A DNA stretch of 64,000 nucleotides from an uncultured Alphaproteobacteria bacterium (GCA_963841595.1 CAWJDD010000005.1:361264-425263); one strand, 5' to 3'; positions 41,758-55,002 are shown, counted from the stretch's first letter. Program-made: numbers and translations. Notes: generated from the letters alone by a model not told the origin.

Positions 41758-42234
41758 ATGGAGAAAGTCAAAGGCATTGGCGGCGTTTTCTTTCGGTCGG
41801 CTGATCCAGCCGCTTTGGCTGCTTGGTACACAACACATCTGGGCATCGATCCGACGCCAACCGGTCTTGATACACCGCCATGGGTCACAGAGGCGGGTGT
41901 CACGGTTTTCGCGCCTTTCGCCGAAGACACGGCCTATTTCCCGGCCCGTCAGCAAGTGATGATCAACTTCCGCGTCGGCGACATGGACGCCATGCTAGCC
42001 CAGCTTCGCGCCGCAGGAATCGAGCCATTCAATGAACAGACGATGGAAGGTCTGGGCCGCTTTGCCCACATCCCCGATCCGGAAGGCAACGCGATTGAAT
42101 TGTGGGAGCCAGCGTCTAGCGGTTGGCACCCGGAACCCACAGCACATCCGCCCGGCCATCGTCATTGGCAATGCGTGCCGCACAGAAGAACCAGTCGGAC
42201 AAGCGGTTCAGATATTTCACCGCCGCCTCGTTGA
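41758..42234 (+). CDS. VOC (glyoxalase/bleomycin-resistance) family protein; 3' end probably extended artefactually
   Basis: MEKVKGIGGVFFRSADP...PDPEGNAIELWEP. The last ~38 codons overlap the convergent adenosyltransferase gene. Confidence 0.7.
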   Translation: MEKVKGIGGVFFRSADPAALAAWYTTHLGIDPTPTGLDTPPWVTEAGVTVFAPFAEDTAYFPARQQVMINFRVGDMDAMLAQLRAAGIEPFNEQTMEGLGRFAHIPDPEGNAIELWEPASSGWHPEPTAHPPGHRHWQCVPHRRTSRTSGSDISPPPR

Positions 42235-42690
42235 TCGATTCCATCGTGGCCAGTTCCACAGTCAGTCGTTCAGCCCGGCGGGCAACGGTCCGACACAAGG
42301 TGCAGATGCGCCGAAAGCGGTGAGCCTGCCGGCAGAATGAACGACTTGAGCGGTTCCAGCACGGCGATCATCGCATCTATTTCGGCCTCTAACCGATCAG
42401 TTTGCTCGGGCGCCATCCGCAGGACGGGATAACCCGCATCTGCGTCCTTCTCCATGTCTGGGCGGCAAAGATCAGCGCCCAGATCGAACAAGATCGTTCT
42501 GAATACGGGCCAAAGCCGCGTCGACATCACCAGTGGCATGAAGCCGCGCCATACCAACGGTTGCGTTCAACTCATCAACCGTGCCGTAAGCCGTCACCCG
42601 CAGCGAATGTTTCGCCACCCGCGCGCCGTTGCCCAAAGCGGTTTCGCCGGCATCACCGGTTTTCGTGTAAATCTTGTTCAGAACAACCAT
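42116..42690 (-). CDS. PduO-type ATP:cob(I)alamin adenosyltransferase (2 apparent frameshifts)
   Basis: MVVLNKIYTKTGDAGETAL... Pieces in ORFs 42472..42690, 42270..42557 and 42116..42298. Confidence 0.85.
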
Positions 42691-42693
42691 AGA

Positions 42694-42900
42694 TCAGCCT
42701 CCACGCCGGATCAGGACAAACAACAGGATCAATACGACTGCCACAAACTGCGCATAAATCCGATAGCGCATGATCCGGTTGGCGTGCTTGCGGTTGAAAT
42801 CACCGCCTTTGGCAAAGCCGCCAATACCGGTCAGCAGAATACCCAGCACCACCAGACAGGCGATCCCGACGACAATGAACAGTGGGTCTTTCGCAAGCAT
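42694..42900 (-). CDS. twin transmembrane helix small protein (HIG1-like)
   Basis: 68 aa, two TM helices, R-x-R-x-x-AQ-like loop. Confidence 0.65.
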   Translation of the reverse strand: MLAKDPLFIVVGIACLVVLGILLTGIGGFAKGGDFNRKHANRIMRYRIYAQFVAVVLILLFVLIRRGG

Positions 42901-42952
42901 GCATCTCTCCTTTGTGTCAGACCTAGAGCAGGGGCGGCAAAAAGCGAAGGCC

Positions 42953-43792
42953 TCAGGCGCGAAGCAGGATCTTGTCCAGCATCCGGGCTGACAGTACCCG
43001 CTTCAGAACCGCCATCAGCTTGGTGGGCGTGGTGATGCGATAGCGCGGTTTCGGGTTGATCTGCGTCAGCGCGTCATGCACGACTTTCGTGACCGCGCTG
43101 GCAGGCAGTTCGAACTTATCAGGCGTGCCGCTTTCATCGTAAAGCCTTGGCTTAAAACGGTTTTCGTAATCTTGCGACCGGGCCGAGCCTTCTGCATCAA
43201 TCCATTTTTCAAAATGCGGGATCGAGTTTTTCCGGATGTCGCTGGTGATCGGTCCGGGCTCGATCAGAATGACATGAATACCGGTGCCCGCCATTTCCAG
43301 CCGCAGTGTGTCGGCCCAGCCTTCCATCGCGAACTTTGTTGAATTGTAAGACCCGCGCCACGGCAAGGCGATAAACCCCAGAACCGACGAGTTCATCAGG
43401 ATCCGCCCATGCCCCTGTTTGCGAAAAACCGGGATCAGGCGGCGGGTCAGATCATGCTGCGCAAAGAAGTTCGTTTCAAAGTTCGCACGAAGCGCTTCGA
43501 CGGGCAGGTCCTCAAGCAATCCGGGCGAACCGTAGGCCCCGTTGTTAAACACCGCGTTCAGCGTGCCATCTGTCCGGCTGAGCGTCTCATTCACCGCAGC
43601 ACCCATGCTGTCTGGGTCGTTATAGTCCAGAACGAAACTTTCCAGCCCCTCGCTTTCCAGCAGCGCACAGTCTTCCGCCTTGCGGCAGGTCGCAAACACC
43701 CGCCAGCCGCGGTTTTTCAATCCATGTGCTGTGTCATAGCCAATGCCGCTAGAGCATCCGGTAATGAGAATGGTTTTCTGGCTGGCCGACAT
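42953..43792 (-). CDS. SDR family oxidoreductase
   Basis: 279 aa. TGCSSGIG cofactor motif and YNSTK catalytic motif. Confidence 0.88.
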   Translation of the reverse strand: MSASQKTILITGCSSGIGYDTAHGLKNRGWRVFATCRKAEDCALLESEGLESFVLDYNDPDSMGAAVNETLSRTDGTLNAVFNNGAYGSPGLLEDLPVEALRANFETNFFAQHDLTRRLIPVFRKQGHGRILMNSSVLGFIALPWRGSYNSTKFAMEGWADTLRLEMAGTGIHVILIEPGPITSDIRKNSIPHFEKWIDAEGSARSQDYENRFKPRLYDESGTPDKFELPASAVTKVVHDALTQINPKPRYRITTPTKLMAVLKRVLSARMLDKILLRA

Positions 43793-43826
43793 CTGTCATC
43801 CTGACGTTCAAACAATGGAGGCGTTC

Positions 43827-44243
43827 ATGACAACCCATAGTGCAACCTGTCAATGCGGCGCCTTGTCGGCCAGCTTTGAAGGCGACCCTGATTTTGTGAT
43901 CGTCTGCAATTGCAAAGCCTGTCAGCGGCGCACTGGCGCGCCCTTTGGAACTGGCGCTTATTTCAAGAAGTCCAGCATGACGGTCACGGGCCAGACCAAT
44001 ACTTGGGCGCGAACCGCTGATACTGGACGTGGGCTTGTAAACCACTTCTGCCCGACCTGTGCGACGACTTTGTACTGGACGCTTGAAATGCGGCCCGATC
44101 ATATTGGCGTCGCTTACGGAGCGTTCGACACGCAGCTACCCGACCCGATCCGGGTGATTTGGACGGAACAAAAGCACCATTGGACAGGTTTTCCCGAAGA
44201 TTGGCCGAGCTTTCCGAAAGGAACGCCCGAACCGGCCACCTAG
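43827..44243 (+). CDS. GFA (CENP-V/glutathione-dependent formaldehyde-activating) family protein
   Basis: CQCG...CNCKACQRRTG...CPTC Zn-binding Cys pattern. ATG at 43827 follows GGAG. Confidence 0.75.
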   Translation: MTTHSATCQCGALSASFEGDPDFVIVCNCKACQRRTGAPFGTGAYFKKSSMTVTGQTNTWARTADTGRGLVNHFCPTCATTLYWTLEMRPDHIGVAYGAFDTQLPDPIRVIWTEQKHHWTGFPEDWPSFPKGTPEPAT

Positions 44244-44767
44244 CCGGGGCGCTGTTCGCCCAGAAATTTACCGTAAATCCAGCCCGATGATGCGCCATCC
44301 GCAGTACGGATCTGATACCAACCGTTCTGATCGTCCAAAACTTCCGCTTCAACGCCCAATGTCACGGTTCCAACCACGGCATTCCCGGTTCCGGGGCCTT
44401 TTCGCAGGTTCACCCGGCCACCCGTCACGTACCAATAGGATTTGGCAGCCGAAGCCTCGGCGACGACTTTCTCGCTTGCGACGACCGGCTCGGTTGCGGC
44501 GATGGCATTGCCCAGAAGCGGACCACGCTTCCGCTCGGAACGAAACTTGGCACCGGCGTTCAAAGCGATTTTCACCGCTTCTTCGTCCGAAACATCGGAC
44601 ACATGTAAGCGTTCAGTCTCAATCGCCTCGTCCGTAGAATAGGATGCGTGGATCAGGTTCAGCCCCAACGGCTCGGCACGAGCCACTTCAGGCCGACGCG
44701 CCGGATCACCATAAACATTCATAATCGTATAAAGCGCGGCCAAAAGGACCACGAGCAGACGTATCAT
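44240..44767 (-). CDS. membrane-anchored SH3 (SH3_3) domain protein
   Basis: ATG at 44767. N-terminal TM. C-terminal ...YWYVTGGRVNLRKGPGTGNAVVG...WYQIR. Confidence 0.7.
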   Translation of the reverse strand: MIRLLVVLLAALYTIMNVYGDPARRPEVARAEPLGLNLIHASYSTDEAIETERLHVSDVSDEEAVKIALNAGAKFRSERKRGPLLGNAIAATEPVVASEKVVAEASAAKSYWYVTGGRVNLRKGPGTGNAVVGTVTLGVEAEVLDDQNGWYQIRTADGASSGWIYGKFLGEQRPG

Positions 44768-44921
44768 TTCATCATTCCCCCCAAGGAATTTCAGCAGACG
44801 TAACGACCTATTCCTCAAAAGTACATGAAGACCCTACGTTCCGTCAGGGGGAAAAAATGACTGTCGCAATCACGTCAGCCTGCGCTTTACCCCCACGGAT
44901 CAGGCGGCTAATACAGCATCT

Positions 44922-47220
<2,299 letters not shown>

Positions 47221-47254
47221 GATCGCTATTAGCGCCGACTTTGTCGTCGCCAAG

Positions 47255-47350
47255 CTGGGGGCTTTGCCCCCAGACCCCCAGCATATTTTGGACCAATGAA
47301 GACAATTTGACTTAATTTTGCGCTTCGCCTGTTGGAAAATATCCCGGGGG
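47255..47350. repeat. intergenic repeat cluster (family 2, inverted pair)
   Basis: Hairpin CTGGGGGCTTTGCCCCCAG. CCCCCAGCATATTTTGG (47275..47291) is an imperfect inverted copy of GGAAAATATCCCGGGGG (47334..47350), which is identical to 30044..30060. Confidence 0.6.
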
Positions 47351-47382
47351 GAGGCGCCCGAAGGGGGACGGGGGCAGAGCCC

Positions 47383-49062
47383 CTAACCCAGAATCCGCCG
47401 CGCGATCACCTGCGCCTGAATTTCGGCGGCACCTTCGAAAATGTTCAGGATCCGGGCATCACAAAGGATCCGGCTGATGCTGTATTCCAATGCAAAGCCG
47501 TTGCCGCCATGGATTTGCAGGCCGTTGTCGGCAGCGGCCCAAGCGACCCGAGCACCCAACAGTTTGGCCATCCCGGCCTCAAGATCACACCGCCGGTCAG
47601 CATCTTTTTCGCGGGCCGAAAAATAGGTCAGCTGCCGCGCCACCATGATTTCGACGGCCATCATCGCCAGCTTCGAGGCTACGCGTGGGAACGCCACCAA
47701 GGGTTTGCCGAATTGCTTGCGGTCTTCAGCGTATTTCAACGACACATCCAGTGCCGATTGCGCGACGCCAATGGCCCGGGCAGCTGTCTGGATGCGCGCA
47801 CTTTCAAACGTTTGCATCAATTGCTTGAAGCCATTCCCGGTTTCACCGCCCAAAAGGTTCTCGCCCGAGACGTGGAAGCCATCAAAAGCCAGTTCGTATT
47901 CCTTCATGCCGCGGTAGCCCAGCACTTCGATCTCGCCGCCGGTCATGCCTTCGCTTGGGAAAGGTGCCGCGTCGGTGCCCGGTGTTTTTTCGGCCAGAAA
48001 CATCGACAAGCCGCGGTAATCGGTTGTGTCAGGCTCGGTTCGCGCCAGCAATGTCATCACATGTGTCCGCGCCGCATGGGTGATCCATGTCTTATTGCCG
48101 GTGACTTTCCAATCGTCGCCGTCTTTGACCGCGCGGGTCCGAAGGGCGCCCAGATCGGACCCGGTATTGGGTTCGGTGAACACCGCCGTTGGAAGGATCT
48201 CGCCAGAAGCTAATCCCGGCAGCCATTTGGCCTTTTGTTCATCCGTTCCGCCGCAGAGGATCAGTTCGGCCGCAATTTCCGACCGGGTCCCTAATGACCC
48301 CACGCCGATATAGCCGCGTGACAATTCTTCCGACACGACCACCATCGAGGCTTTGGACAAGCCAAATCCGCCATGTTCTTCCGGGATCGTCAGGCCAAAG
48401 ACGCCCATTTCGGCCAGCTCGCCGATCACTTCCATCGGGATCAGCTCGTCTTTCAGGTGCCAGTCATGGGCAAAGGGTTCGACCTTTTCGCGGGCATAGC
48501 GGCGGAACTGTTCGCGGATCATTTCCAGCTCGTCGTCCAGACCAGTGGCGCCAAAGGTAATCTCGGCATTCTGCTCGCGCATCAATTCGACCAGCCGAAG
48601 CCGTGCCGCCTGGCTGTTGCCTTCCTGGGTCAGCCGCATGACGGCATCGGTCATCATAAGGCGCTGATCATCCTGGCTAAGGCCAAGGTCCTGAGGTCGG
48701 ACGATTTCGCCCTGGCTCATCGGGATGCCGCCGTAGATCTGCCAAAGGTATTCGCCAAAGGCGATTTGCAGGATCAGTTGCTCGGTCTCGCCGAACTTGC
48801 CGTCTTCAACCAAGGCTTCCGCCCAGCCGTGCATCTGGCAAAGCGCTTCGACATAGGTCGCAAGCCACGCCAACCCATGTGTTGCTGTCTGTTCGGCCTC
48901 CATCAGATCGGGGCTGATCCGGTCGCTGTCAGTGACCTTGGCACGCACAACCTCGGTGGCGCGGCCTAAAAGAGCTTTGGCAGGCACAATCGCGTCGCCG
49001 GTCAGCGTCAGAAGATCACTTAGAACAGGGCTTTCCGTCATCAGACCACCATCATGCGCCAT
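47383..49062 (-). CDS. acyl-CoA dehydrogenase family protein (large type)
   Basis: 559 aa from the ATG at 49062 (RBS GGAG). ACAD middle and C-terminal domain motifs. Confidence 0.88.
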   Translation of the reverse strand: MAHDGGLMTESPVLSDLLTLTGDAIVPAKALLGRATEVVRAKVTDSDRISPDLMEAEQTATHGLAWLATYVEALCQMHGWAEALVEDGKFGETEQLILQIAFGEYLWQIYGGIPMSQGEIVRPQDLGLSQDDQRLMMTDAVMRLTQEGNSQAARLRLVELMREQNAEITFGATGLDDELEMIREQFRRYAREKVEPFAHDWHLKDELIPMEVIGELAEMGVFGLTIPEEHGGFGLSKASMVVVSEELSRGYIGVGSLGTRSEIAAELILCGGTDEQKAKWLPGLASGEILPTAVFTEPNTGSDLGALRTRAVKDGDDWKVTGNKTWITHAARTHVMTLLARTEPDTTDYRGLSMFLAEKTPGTDAAPFPSEGMTGGEIEVLGYRGMKEYELAFDGFHVSGENLLGGETGNGFKQLMQTFESARIQTAARAIGVAQSALDVSLKYAEDRKQFGKPLVAFPRVASKLAMMAVEIMVARQLTYFSAREKDADRRCDLEAGMAKLLGARVAWAAADNGLQIHGGNGFALEYSISRILCDARILNIFEGAAEIQAQVIARRILG

Positions 49063-49212
49063 GTCGCCACTCCGCTTTTTCTGCACCTGCGAAGGCTTAG
49101 GGTCAATGCACATGCAGCGCAAGAAGATTTCCGAAAAGATCATCAATTCGAACGAAAGTGTCGCAATCGTTTCCGCTTTTCCCGACTGCATCGCCACGAT
49201 AAGCCAGAAAAC

Positions 49213-49980
49213 ATGCTGGAGGTGCTTCCTTTAAGCGGCGGCTTGCTCGCTATGGCAATCGCCTTGGCTTTTGTGGCCGGGCTGGTCAAAGGCGTCACAG
49301 GCTTTGCCATGCCGATGGTGTTGATTTCGGGGCTGGGATCGTTCCTGTCGCCAGAACTGGCATTGGCCGGGCTGATCCTTCCAACCTTGGTCAGCAATTT
49401 CTGGCAGGCAGTACGGCAGGGTCTTGGGGCCGCGTTCTTATCTGCCAAGCGACATTGGCGGTATGTATGTATATCGCTTGTCTGCCTTGCCATCAGCGCA
49501 CAATTTGTCACACGGCTTCCGGCCAGTGCGTTGTTTCTTATTCTTGGCGTGCCTGTCACCGTCTTTGCGATCCTGCAACTGATTGGCTGGCGACCCACGA
49601 TTGACCCCGAAAATCGCCGCACCGCCGAACTGGGGATCGGAGCGCTTGCAGGGACACTTGGCGGCCTCTCGGGCATCTGGGGTCCGCCGACGGTTATGTA
49701 CCTGAATGCGATGAACACGCCGAAGCTTGAACATGTCCGCGTTCAGGGAGTGGTTTACAGCACCGGTGCCATAGCCCTGGTTCTGGCACACCTGAACTCG
49801 GGCGTGTTGAATGCTCCGGGCCTTGCACTTTCGGCTCTGCTGGTCGTGCCTGCCTGCATTGGTCTGGTTGCGGGTTTCGCTATCCTTGACCGTCTGGACC
49901 AGGAAAAATTTCGTTGGGCGATCCTGATCGTGCTGGTCGTGGCAGGGCTGAACCTGATCCGACGTGGACTTTTCGGATAA
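49213..49980 (+). CDS. TauE/SafE family sulfite exporter-like membrane protein
   Basis: 255 aa from the ATG at 49213. Multi-TM with VKGVTGFAMP motif. Confidence 0.7.
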   Translation: MLEVLPLSGGLLAMAIALAFVAGLVKGVTGFAMPMVLISGLGSFLSPELALAGLILPTLVSNFWQAVRQGLGAAFLSAKRHWRYVCISLVCLAISAQFVTRLPASALFLILGVPVTVFAILQLIGWRPTIDPENRRTAELGIGALAGTLGGLSGIWGPPTVMYLNAMNTPKLEHVRVQGVVYSTGAIALVLAHLNSGVLNAPGLALSALLVVPACIGLVAGFAILDRLDQEKFRWAILIVLVVAGLNLIRRGLFG

Positions 49981-50052
49981 CCCTGCGATGTTGTGCCCAA
50001 TTCCCTGCAAGACTGGGATGTGGCCATACTGGAAATAGCGAAGGACGAAATA

Positions 50053-50367
50053 ATGCTTGAAATCAGCACTGCCAAAGTCGTTCGAGTGATTGCTCTGACT
50101 CGCGAATACGGGTCCGATCATCTTCACCTTCACGAATACATCGCCTCATTGAATGACGACGAAAAGGTCAACCTCGTTGCATTAATGTGGGTTGGCCGCG
50201 AAAGCTTCGAGCCTGAACAGTTCGAAGAAGCCAAACGCGAGGCCAGGTTGGAAGCTACGGCCCCGACGGAAGATTACTTGTCCGGCATCCCTAACCTTGC
50301 TGAGTATTTGGAGGAAGGCCTCGACGCGCTCGGCATCGACGTCACCGAGGCCGAAGACCGGATGTAA
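50053..50367 (+). CDS. DUF3775-like protein
   Basis: MLEISTAKVVRVIALTREYG...LVALMWVGRE, pattern recalled from DUF3775. Confidence 0.55.
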   Translation: MLEISTAKVVRVIALTREYGSDHLHLHEYIASLNDDEKVNLVALMWVGRESFEPEQFEEAKREARLEATAPTEDYLSGIPNLAEYLEEGLDALGIDVTEAEDRM

Positions 50368-50398
50368 CCGCCTTTGCTTGCCGGGCGGTTGGAATGAG

Positions 50399-51268
50399 TT
50401 ACCGCAAAAAACCGATCGCATAAGTCGGCGAAACCTGCTCTTTCGCGGCGAATGTCTCCAATGCCGCCGCATCCGGCTGGCGGTCAGTCCGGGTCTCGGC
50501 AGCGGCCAGACCACCTGTGATAAACAGGCAATCGATATCTTCGCCCAAAGCGCCCCGCACATCGGTCAGAACCCCGTCGCCAATCGCCAGTATGCGGCTG
50601 TCGGGCACGTTGGCACCGATTTCGTTCAACCGTCGTCGCGCCAGATCATAGATCGGCGGATGCGGCTTGCCGAAATAAAGGCTCTCGCCGCCCATTTCCT
50701 CATAAAGCTTTGCCAAAGCGCCTGCACACCACTCGCGTTTCTCGCCTCGGTCCACAACGATGTCGGGGTTTGCGCAAAGAAGCTTCAGCCCCTTTTGCTT
50801 GGCATAGAGAAACTCGGGCCGGTTCACGTCCAGATCGGCATGCGCATCGAAGGGTCCAAGACAGGCGATTCCCGTTGCGTCTTCCAAACCCACACGCTCG
50901 ATATGCACCGGATCCTCGATCAGCTTCAAAGGCTCGAAAAATGGCAGGTCAGTATCCAATCCCATGAACCAGACCTTCTCGCCGATCACACCTCGAAACA
51001 TCGCGGCGCGCGCACTGTCGCCGCTGGTGGCCAAGGTGTCCCAGCAATCGTCAGGCACATTGAACAAGGGCAGCTGCTTTTCAACCTCGGCACGGGGTCG
51101 CGGCGCATTGGTCAACAAGACGACCTTGCCGCCCTTGGCCCGAAACGCACGCAACGCATCAATCGCTTCGGGGAAAGCTGTCACGCCGTTGTGCACACAG
51201 CCCCAAAGATCGCAGAACACCGCATCGTACCGGTCTGAAATGTCCGCAAGACGTTCAACGATTTCCAT
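50399..51268 (-). CDS. HAD-IIA family hydrolase (TIGR01459-like)
   Basis: 289 aa. DLWGCVHNG and LLTNAPR motifs. Confidence 0.8.
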   Translation of the reverse strand: MEIVERLADISDRYDAVFCDLWGCVHNGVTAFPEAIDALRAFRAKGGKVVLLTNAPRPRAEVEKQLPLFNVPDDCWDTLATSGDSARAAMFRGVIGEKVWFMGLDTDLPFFEPLKLIEDPVHIERVGLEDATGIACLGPFDAHADLDVNRPEFLYAKQKGLKLLCANPDIVVDRGEKREWCAGALAKLYEEMGGESLYFGKPHPPIYDLARRRLNEIGANVPDSRILAIGDGVLTDVRGALGEDIDCLFITGGLAAAETRTDRQPDAAALETFAAKEQVSPTYAIGFLR

Positions 51269-51271
51269 GCA

Positions 51272-52192
51272 TCAGACCTTTAGCGCCGGAATGATCTGCT
51301 TCTTCCGGCTGACGACCCCGGGCAGGCTGACCAGATCGCCCTCGACTGTTACGTCAAAGCTCTTTTCCGCGACCTGCTTCACCAAATCATTCGGCACGAA
51401 CAGCACAGCTTCTTCGGCCAGAATGTCGATCAGGAAGAACAAAACCTGCTCGACCCCGTCTTCCTCGGCGACAGAGGCCATGTCTTCCATCAAACCGGCC
51501 TTGCGGGCCAGTACCGTCGACGGCGAGGTGGTCTCAAGCACCGAGACCCGGAACTTGGTCCCGTCGACTTCGTATTCCTTGCTGTCCATGCGCAGCAATT
51601 CAGTGTCGGAATAAGACGACACGTCCGACTTTGCCGCAAACATCTCGGCTGCATAATCGGGGATCGACAGGCCCAGTTCATTCGCCAGCCGCTCAGCCAG
51701 ATTGCGGTCGACATCCGTTGTGGTGGGCGACCGGAATTCCAGCGTATCCGACAGGATGCAGGACAGCATGGCCCCCTTGATGGCCAGTGGCATCTTCACT
51801 GCATCGTCGCCCATCAGATCATTCATGATCGTCGCCGTACAGGCCACAGGACGCACGGTGATATTGATCGGGCCTTTGGTCTTCAGCCCGCCCTGCAACA
51901 TATGGTGATCGATGACCTCGGTCACCTGGGCATTGTTCACACCAGCCGGAAGCTCGGCGACGTTGTTTGTGTCAACAATGACGCAAGTATCGTTCTCGCC
52001 CACGTCTTCCAGAAACTCGGGCTTATCCAGACCCCAGCGGCCAAGCACGAACAAAGCCTCGGAATTGGGCTCGCCCAAAAGGCGGGCTTCGGCCGGGGTG
52101 CCGCGGCATTCGTTCAGGTACCAGGCCCAGATGATCGGGGAACCGGTCGAGTTCGTATCCGGAGATTTGTGGCCAAAAACTTTGATCGTCAT
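51272..52192 (-). CDS. ppaC: manganese-dependent inorganic pyrophosphatase (family II, DHH)
   Basis: 306 aa. GHKSPDTNS, VDTNN, DHH and DHHA2 region. Confidence 0.85.
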   Translation of the reverse strand: MTIKVFGHKSPDTNSTGSPIIWAWYLNECRGTPAEARLLGEPNSEALFVLGRWGLDKPEFLEDVGENDTCVIVDTNNVAELPAGVNNAQVTEVIDHHMLQGGLKTKGPINITVRPVACTATIMNDLMGDDAVKMPLAIKGAMLSCILSDTLEFRSPTTTDVDRNLAERLANELGLSIPDYAAEMFAAKSDVSSYSDTELLRMDSKEYEVDGTKFRVSVLETTSPSTVLARKAGLMEDMASVAEEDGVEQVLFFLIDILAEEAVLFVPNDLVKQVAEKSFDVTVEGDLVSLPGVVSRKKQIIPALKV

Positions 52193-52301
52193 CGTGTCTA
52201 TACTCGCAGGTGGGATTTGGCGCCCTCATAGCCCCTCGCGCCTGCCTTGTCACCCGGTCAGTCCCCGCCCTATGGTCGCAGGAACAGGCAAGGCAGCAGG
52301 C

Positions 52302-52949
52302 ATGCGCGAAACAGAACTCTACGCGCCCGTAAAAACGTTCCTCGAAGGACAGGGCTATACCGTCAAAGCCGAAGTCGGGGCTGCGGATGTGGTGGCCTGC
52401 CGCGCGGGTGAAGACCCGGTGATTGTGGAACTTAAAACCGGCTTCTCGCTGACGCTGATCCATCAGGCTGTTGCGCGCCAGTCTATCACTGATGCCGTCT
52501 ATATCGCAGCGCCACGAAATACCGGTCGCCGCTTTCAATCCGCGCTGAAACAGATGAAGACGCTCTGCCGCAGACTTGGGCTTGGCCTGATCACCGTCCG
52601 CATGAAAGACGAGCTGGTCGAAATCCACTGCGATCCCGCCCCCTATGCGCCACGCAAATCCAAGCATCGGCAAGCCCACCTTCTGCGCGAATTTGCCCGT
52701 CGCGACGGCGACCCAAACACCGGCGGCTCTGCCCGCACCGGCCTTGTGACCGCCTATCGCCAAGACGCGCTACGCTGTGCAGCACTTCTGGCGTCCGAAG
52801 GCCCGACCAAAGGCGCGGTGGTCGCCCGGGAAACGGGCGTCACCAACGCAACCCGCCTGATGGCCGACAATCACTACGGCTGGTTCGAAAGGGTCGAAAA
52901 GGGCGTCTACAGCCTGACAGATACCGGTCGCGCGCAGGTAAAAGCCTGA
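52302..52949 (+). CDS. DUF2161-like conserved protein
   Basis: 215 aa from the ATG at 52302, within ORF 51912..52949. [19 protein letters not shown]...VVELK nuclease-like N-terminus. Confidence 0.5.
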   Translation: MRETELYAPVKTFLEGQGYTVKAEVGAADVVACRAGEDPVIVELKTGFSLTLIHQAVARQSITDAVYIAAPRNTGRRFQSALKQMKTLCRRLGLGLITVRMKDELVEIHCDPAPYAPRKSKHRQAHLLREFARRDGDPNTGGSARTGLVTAYRQDALRCAALLASEGPTKGAVVARETGVTNATRLMADNHYGWFERVEKGVYSLTDTGRAQVKA

Positions 52950-53671
52950 TGGATTGGCGCGCCGAGGGCCTTTTGCTGACCAGCCGACACCACGGCGAAA
53001 ACGCGGCTATCATCGAGGTCTTCACCGAAACCCACGGCCGCCACGCTGGCATCGTCCGAGGTGGAGCCTCGCGCAAACTGTCGCCAGTTCTGCAGCCGGG
53101 CACACAGGTCGATGTCGTATGGCGCGCCCGTCTGGAAGAACACCTTGGCAGTTTCACGGTCGAACCAATCCGATCCCGCGCCGCCACTTTGATGAGCGAC
53201 CGCAAAACACTGGCGGGCCTGAATGCCCTGACCGCATTGCTGTCCTTTGCCTTGCCTGAACGCGAACCCCACCCGGCCCTCTACCATCAAACGCTCACGG
53301 TCCTTGATATGATGGAAAGCGGGCCGTACTGGCCGCTGGCATATCTGCGGTGGGAACTCTCGCTGCTCGAAGAACTGGGCTTCGGTCTTGATCTCACCAC
53401 CTGTGCCGTCACCGGCGCGACCGAGGGCCTGGCCTATGTCTCTCCGAAAAGCGGTCGTGCCGTTGCAAAGGGGGCCGCAGGCGATTGGGCTGACAAGCTG
53501 TTGCCGCTGTCACCCGCCTTGCTGGGGCAAGGTGATGGCACCGCCCAGGACATAAAGGACGGTCTGCGCACCACCGGGCATTTCCTGCGCACATGGCTTG
53601 CGCCAGCGCTGGGCACCAGACCATTGCCAGAAGCCCGCCAACGGCTCGCCGACCGTCTTGCACGGACCTGA
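52949..53671 (+). CDS. recO: DNA repair protein RecO
   Basis: 240 aa. [26 protein letters not shown]... Confidence 0.88.
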   Translation: MDWRAEGLLLTSRHHGENAAIIEVFTETHGRHAGIVRGGASRKLSPVLQPGTQVDVVWRARLEEHLGSFTVEPIRSRAATLMSDRKTLAGLNALTALLSFALPEREPHPALYHQTLTVLDMMESGPYWPLAYLRWELSLLEELGFGLDLTTCAVTGATEGLAYVSPKSGRAVAKGAAGDWADKLLPLSPALLGQGDGTAQDIKDGLRTTGHFLRTWLAPALGTRPLPEARQRLADRLART

Positions 53672-53739
53672 ACCCAAACAATTTAAATCAAACAGCGCTT
53701 CATTTTGCCAAAAATACGCAAATCCACCGGTGCCAAAGG

Positions 53740-54120
53740 TCACTCGGCGTCAAAGACCATCGCGGCACCAGCCTCATTCGTCAGGATCAAAACCGAGCCC
53801 TGAACTTCGGCCAATGTCATGCCCGCCAAAGCCTCAAAAAATTGCCCCTCGGCCTCCAGCTCGGAACATGCCCGCCGTGTTGCGACCACCGGACCAAGGG
53901 CGAACCAGGGATAGGGGGCAGATTGCGCCGCCGACCAGCTATTGCAGGGTGCCTCGCCCGCTGCACGCCCTTGGCTTTGAAACGCGATTGTCGCCCTGGG
54001 TCCGAAAGCCTCGCCGTCAATCTCGACCAGCCGATAGACCGCCGAAGGGTCGGCATAGCCCGAGATTGTCTCGTCACCACATCCAAAGACCATCAGGGGC
54101 AAAAGCAGGGTCAGTCGCAT
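53740..54120 (-). CDS. META-domain lipoprotein
   Basis: 126 aa. Lipobox LMVFGCG. ...NSWSAA...FFEALAGMT... pattern. Confidence 0.6.
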   Translation of the reverse strand: MRLTLLLPLMVFGCGDETISGYADPSAVYRLVEIDGEAFGPRATIAFQSQGRAAGEAPCNSWSAAQSAPYPWFALGPVVATRRACSELEAEGQFFEALAGMTLAEVQGSVLILTNEAGAAMVFDAE

Positions 54121-54250
54121 TCAAACTCCGTTAACGTCAGCGTTCGCTTGGGCGTACAAAAGTATATTTGGGGGTCCAGAAGCTTGTACAAAAGTTCATG
54201 CTGCGGCGCACCCCCGAACCTAGGCTTAACAGATCTGCGCAACGCACAGC

Positions 54251-54282
54251 AAAAAGGGCAGACGCTGCGGCCTGCCCTTTTT
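54251..54282 (-). terminator. bidirectional intrinsic terminator after rplA
   Basis: AAAAAGGGCAG-N10-CTGCCCTTTTT. Confidence 0.8.
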
Positions 54283-54299
54283 CTCAATGTGATCTGAAA

Positions 54300-54998
54300 T
54301 CAGTTGCCGGTGGCGTTCGGGATACCGATCGAAACACCCGGACCCATGGTCGACGACAAAGCGATCTTGAGCATATAGGTGCCCTTTGTGCCAGTCGGAC
54401 GAGCCTTGGAAACGGCGTCCACAAAAGCCCGCACGTTTTCAACCAGCTTTGCTTCGCTAAACGAGGCTTTTCCGATCCCGGCATGTACAACGCCAGCCTT
54501 CTCGGCCTTGAACTGAACCTGTCCGCCCTTAGCGGCCTGAACCGCTTCTGCGACATCCATTGTCACTGTGCCGATTTTTGGGTTCGGCATCAGGTTCCGC
54601 GGTCCAAGCACCTTACCAAGACGGCCGACAATCGGCATCATGTCCGGCGTTGCAATGCAGCGTTCGAATTCGATCTTGCCGCCCTGAACGATTTCCATCA
54701 GGTCCTCGGCGCCAACAATATCGGCCCCAGCTGCGGTCGCTTCTTCGGCTTTCGGGCCGCGGGCAAAAACCGCAACGCGGACCGTCTTGCCGGTGCCGTT
54801 CGGAAGGTTGACCGTGCCGCGAACCATCTGGTCCGCGTGACGCGGATCAACGCCCAGACACATTGCAATTTCAACGGTTTCGTCGAATTTCGCTGTGGCG
54901 TTCGATTTCACCAGCGCAACAGCTTCTTCCACGGTTACATCAGTTTTGCCAGCAAAGGCGTCGCGTGCAGCGCGGGTACGTTTTCCAAGCTTTCCCAT
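54300..54998 (-). CDS. rplA: 50S ribosomal protein L1
   Basis: 232 aa. Confidence 0.97.
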   Translation of the reverse strand: MGKLGKRTRAARDAFAGKTDVTVEEAVALVKSNATAKFDETVEIAMCLGVDPRHADQMVRGTVNLPNGTGKTVRVAVFARGPKAEEATAAGADIVGAEDLMEIVQGGKIEFERCIATPDMMPIVGRLGKVLGPRNLMPNPKIGTVTMDVAEAVQAAKGGQVQFKAEKAGVVHAGIGKASFSEAKLVENVRAFVDAVSKARPTGTKGTYMLKIALSSTMGPGVSIGIPNATGN

Positions 54999-55002
54999 AA
55001 TC

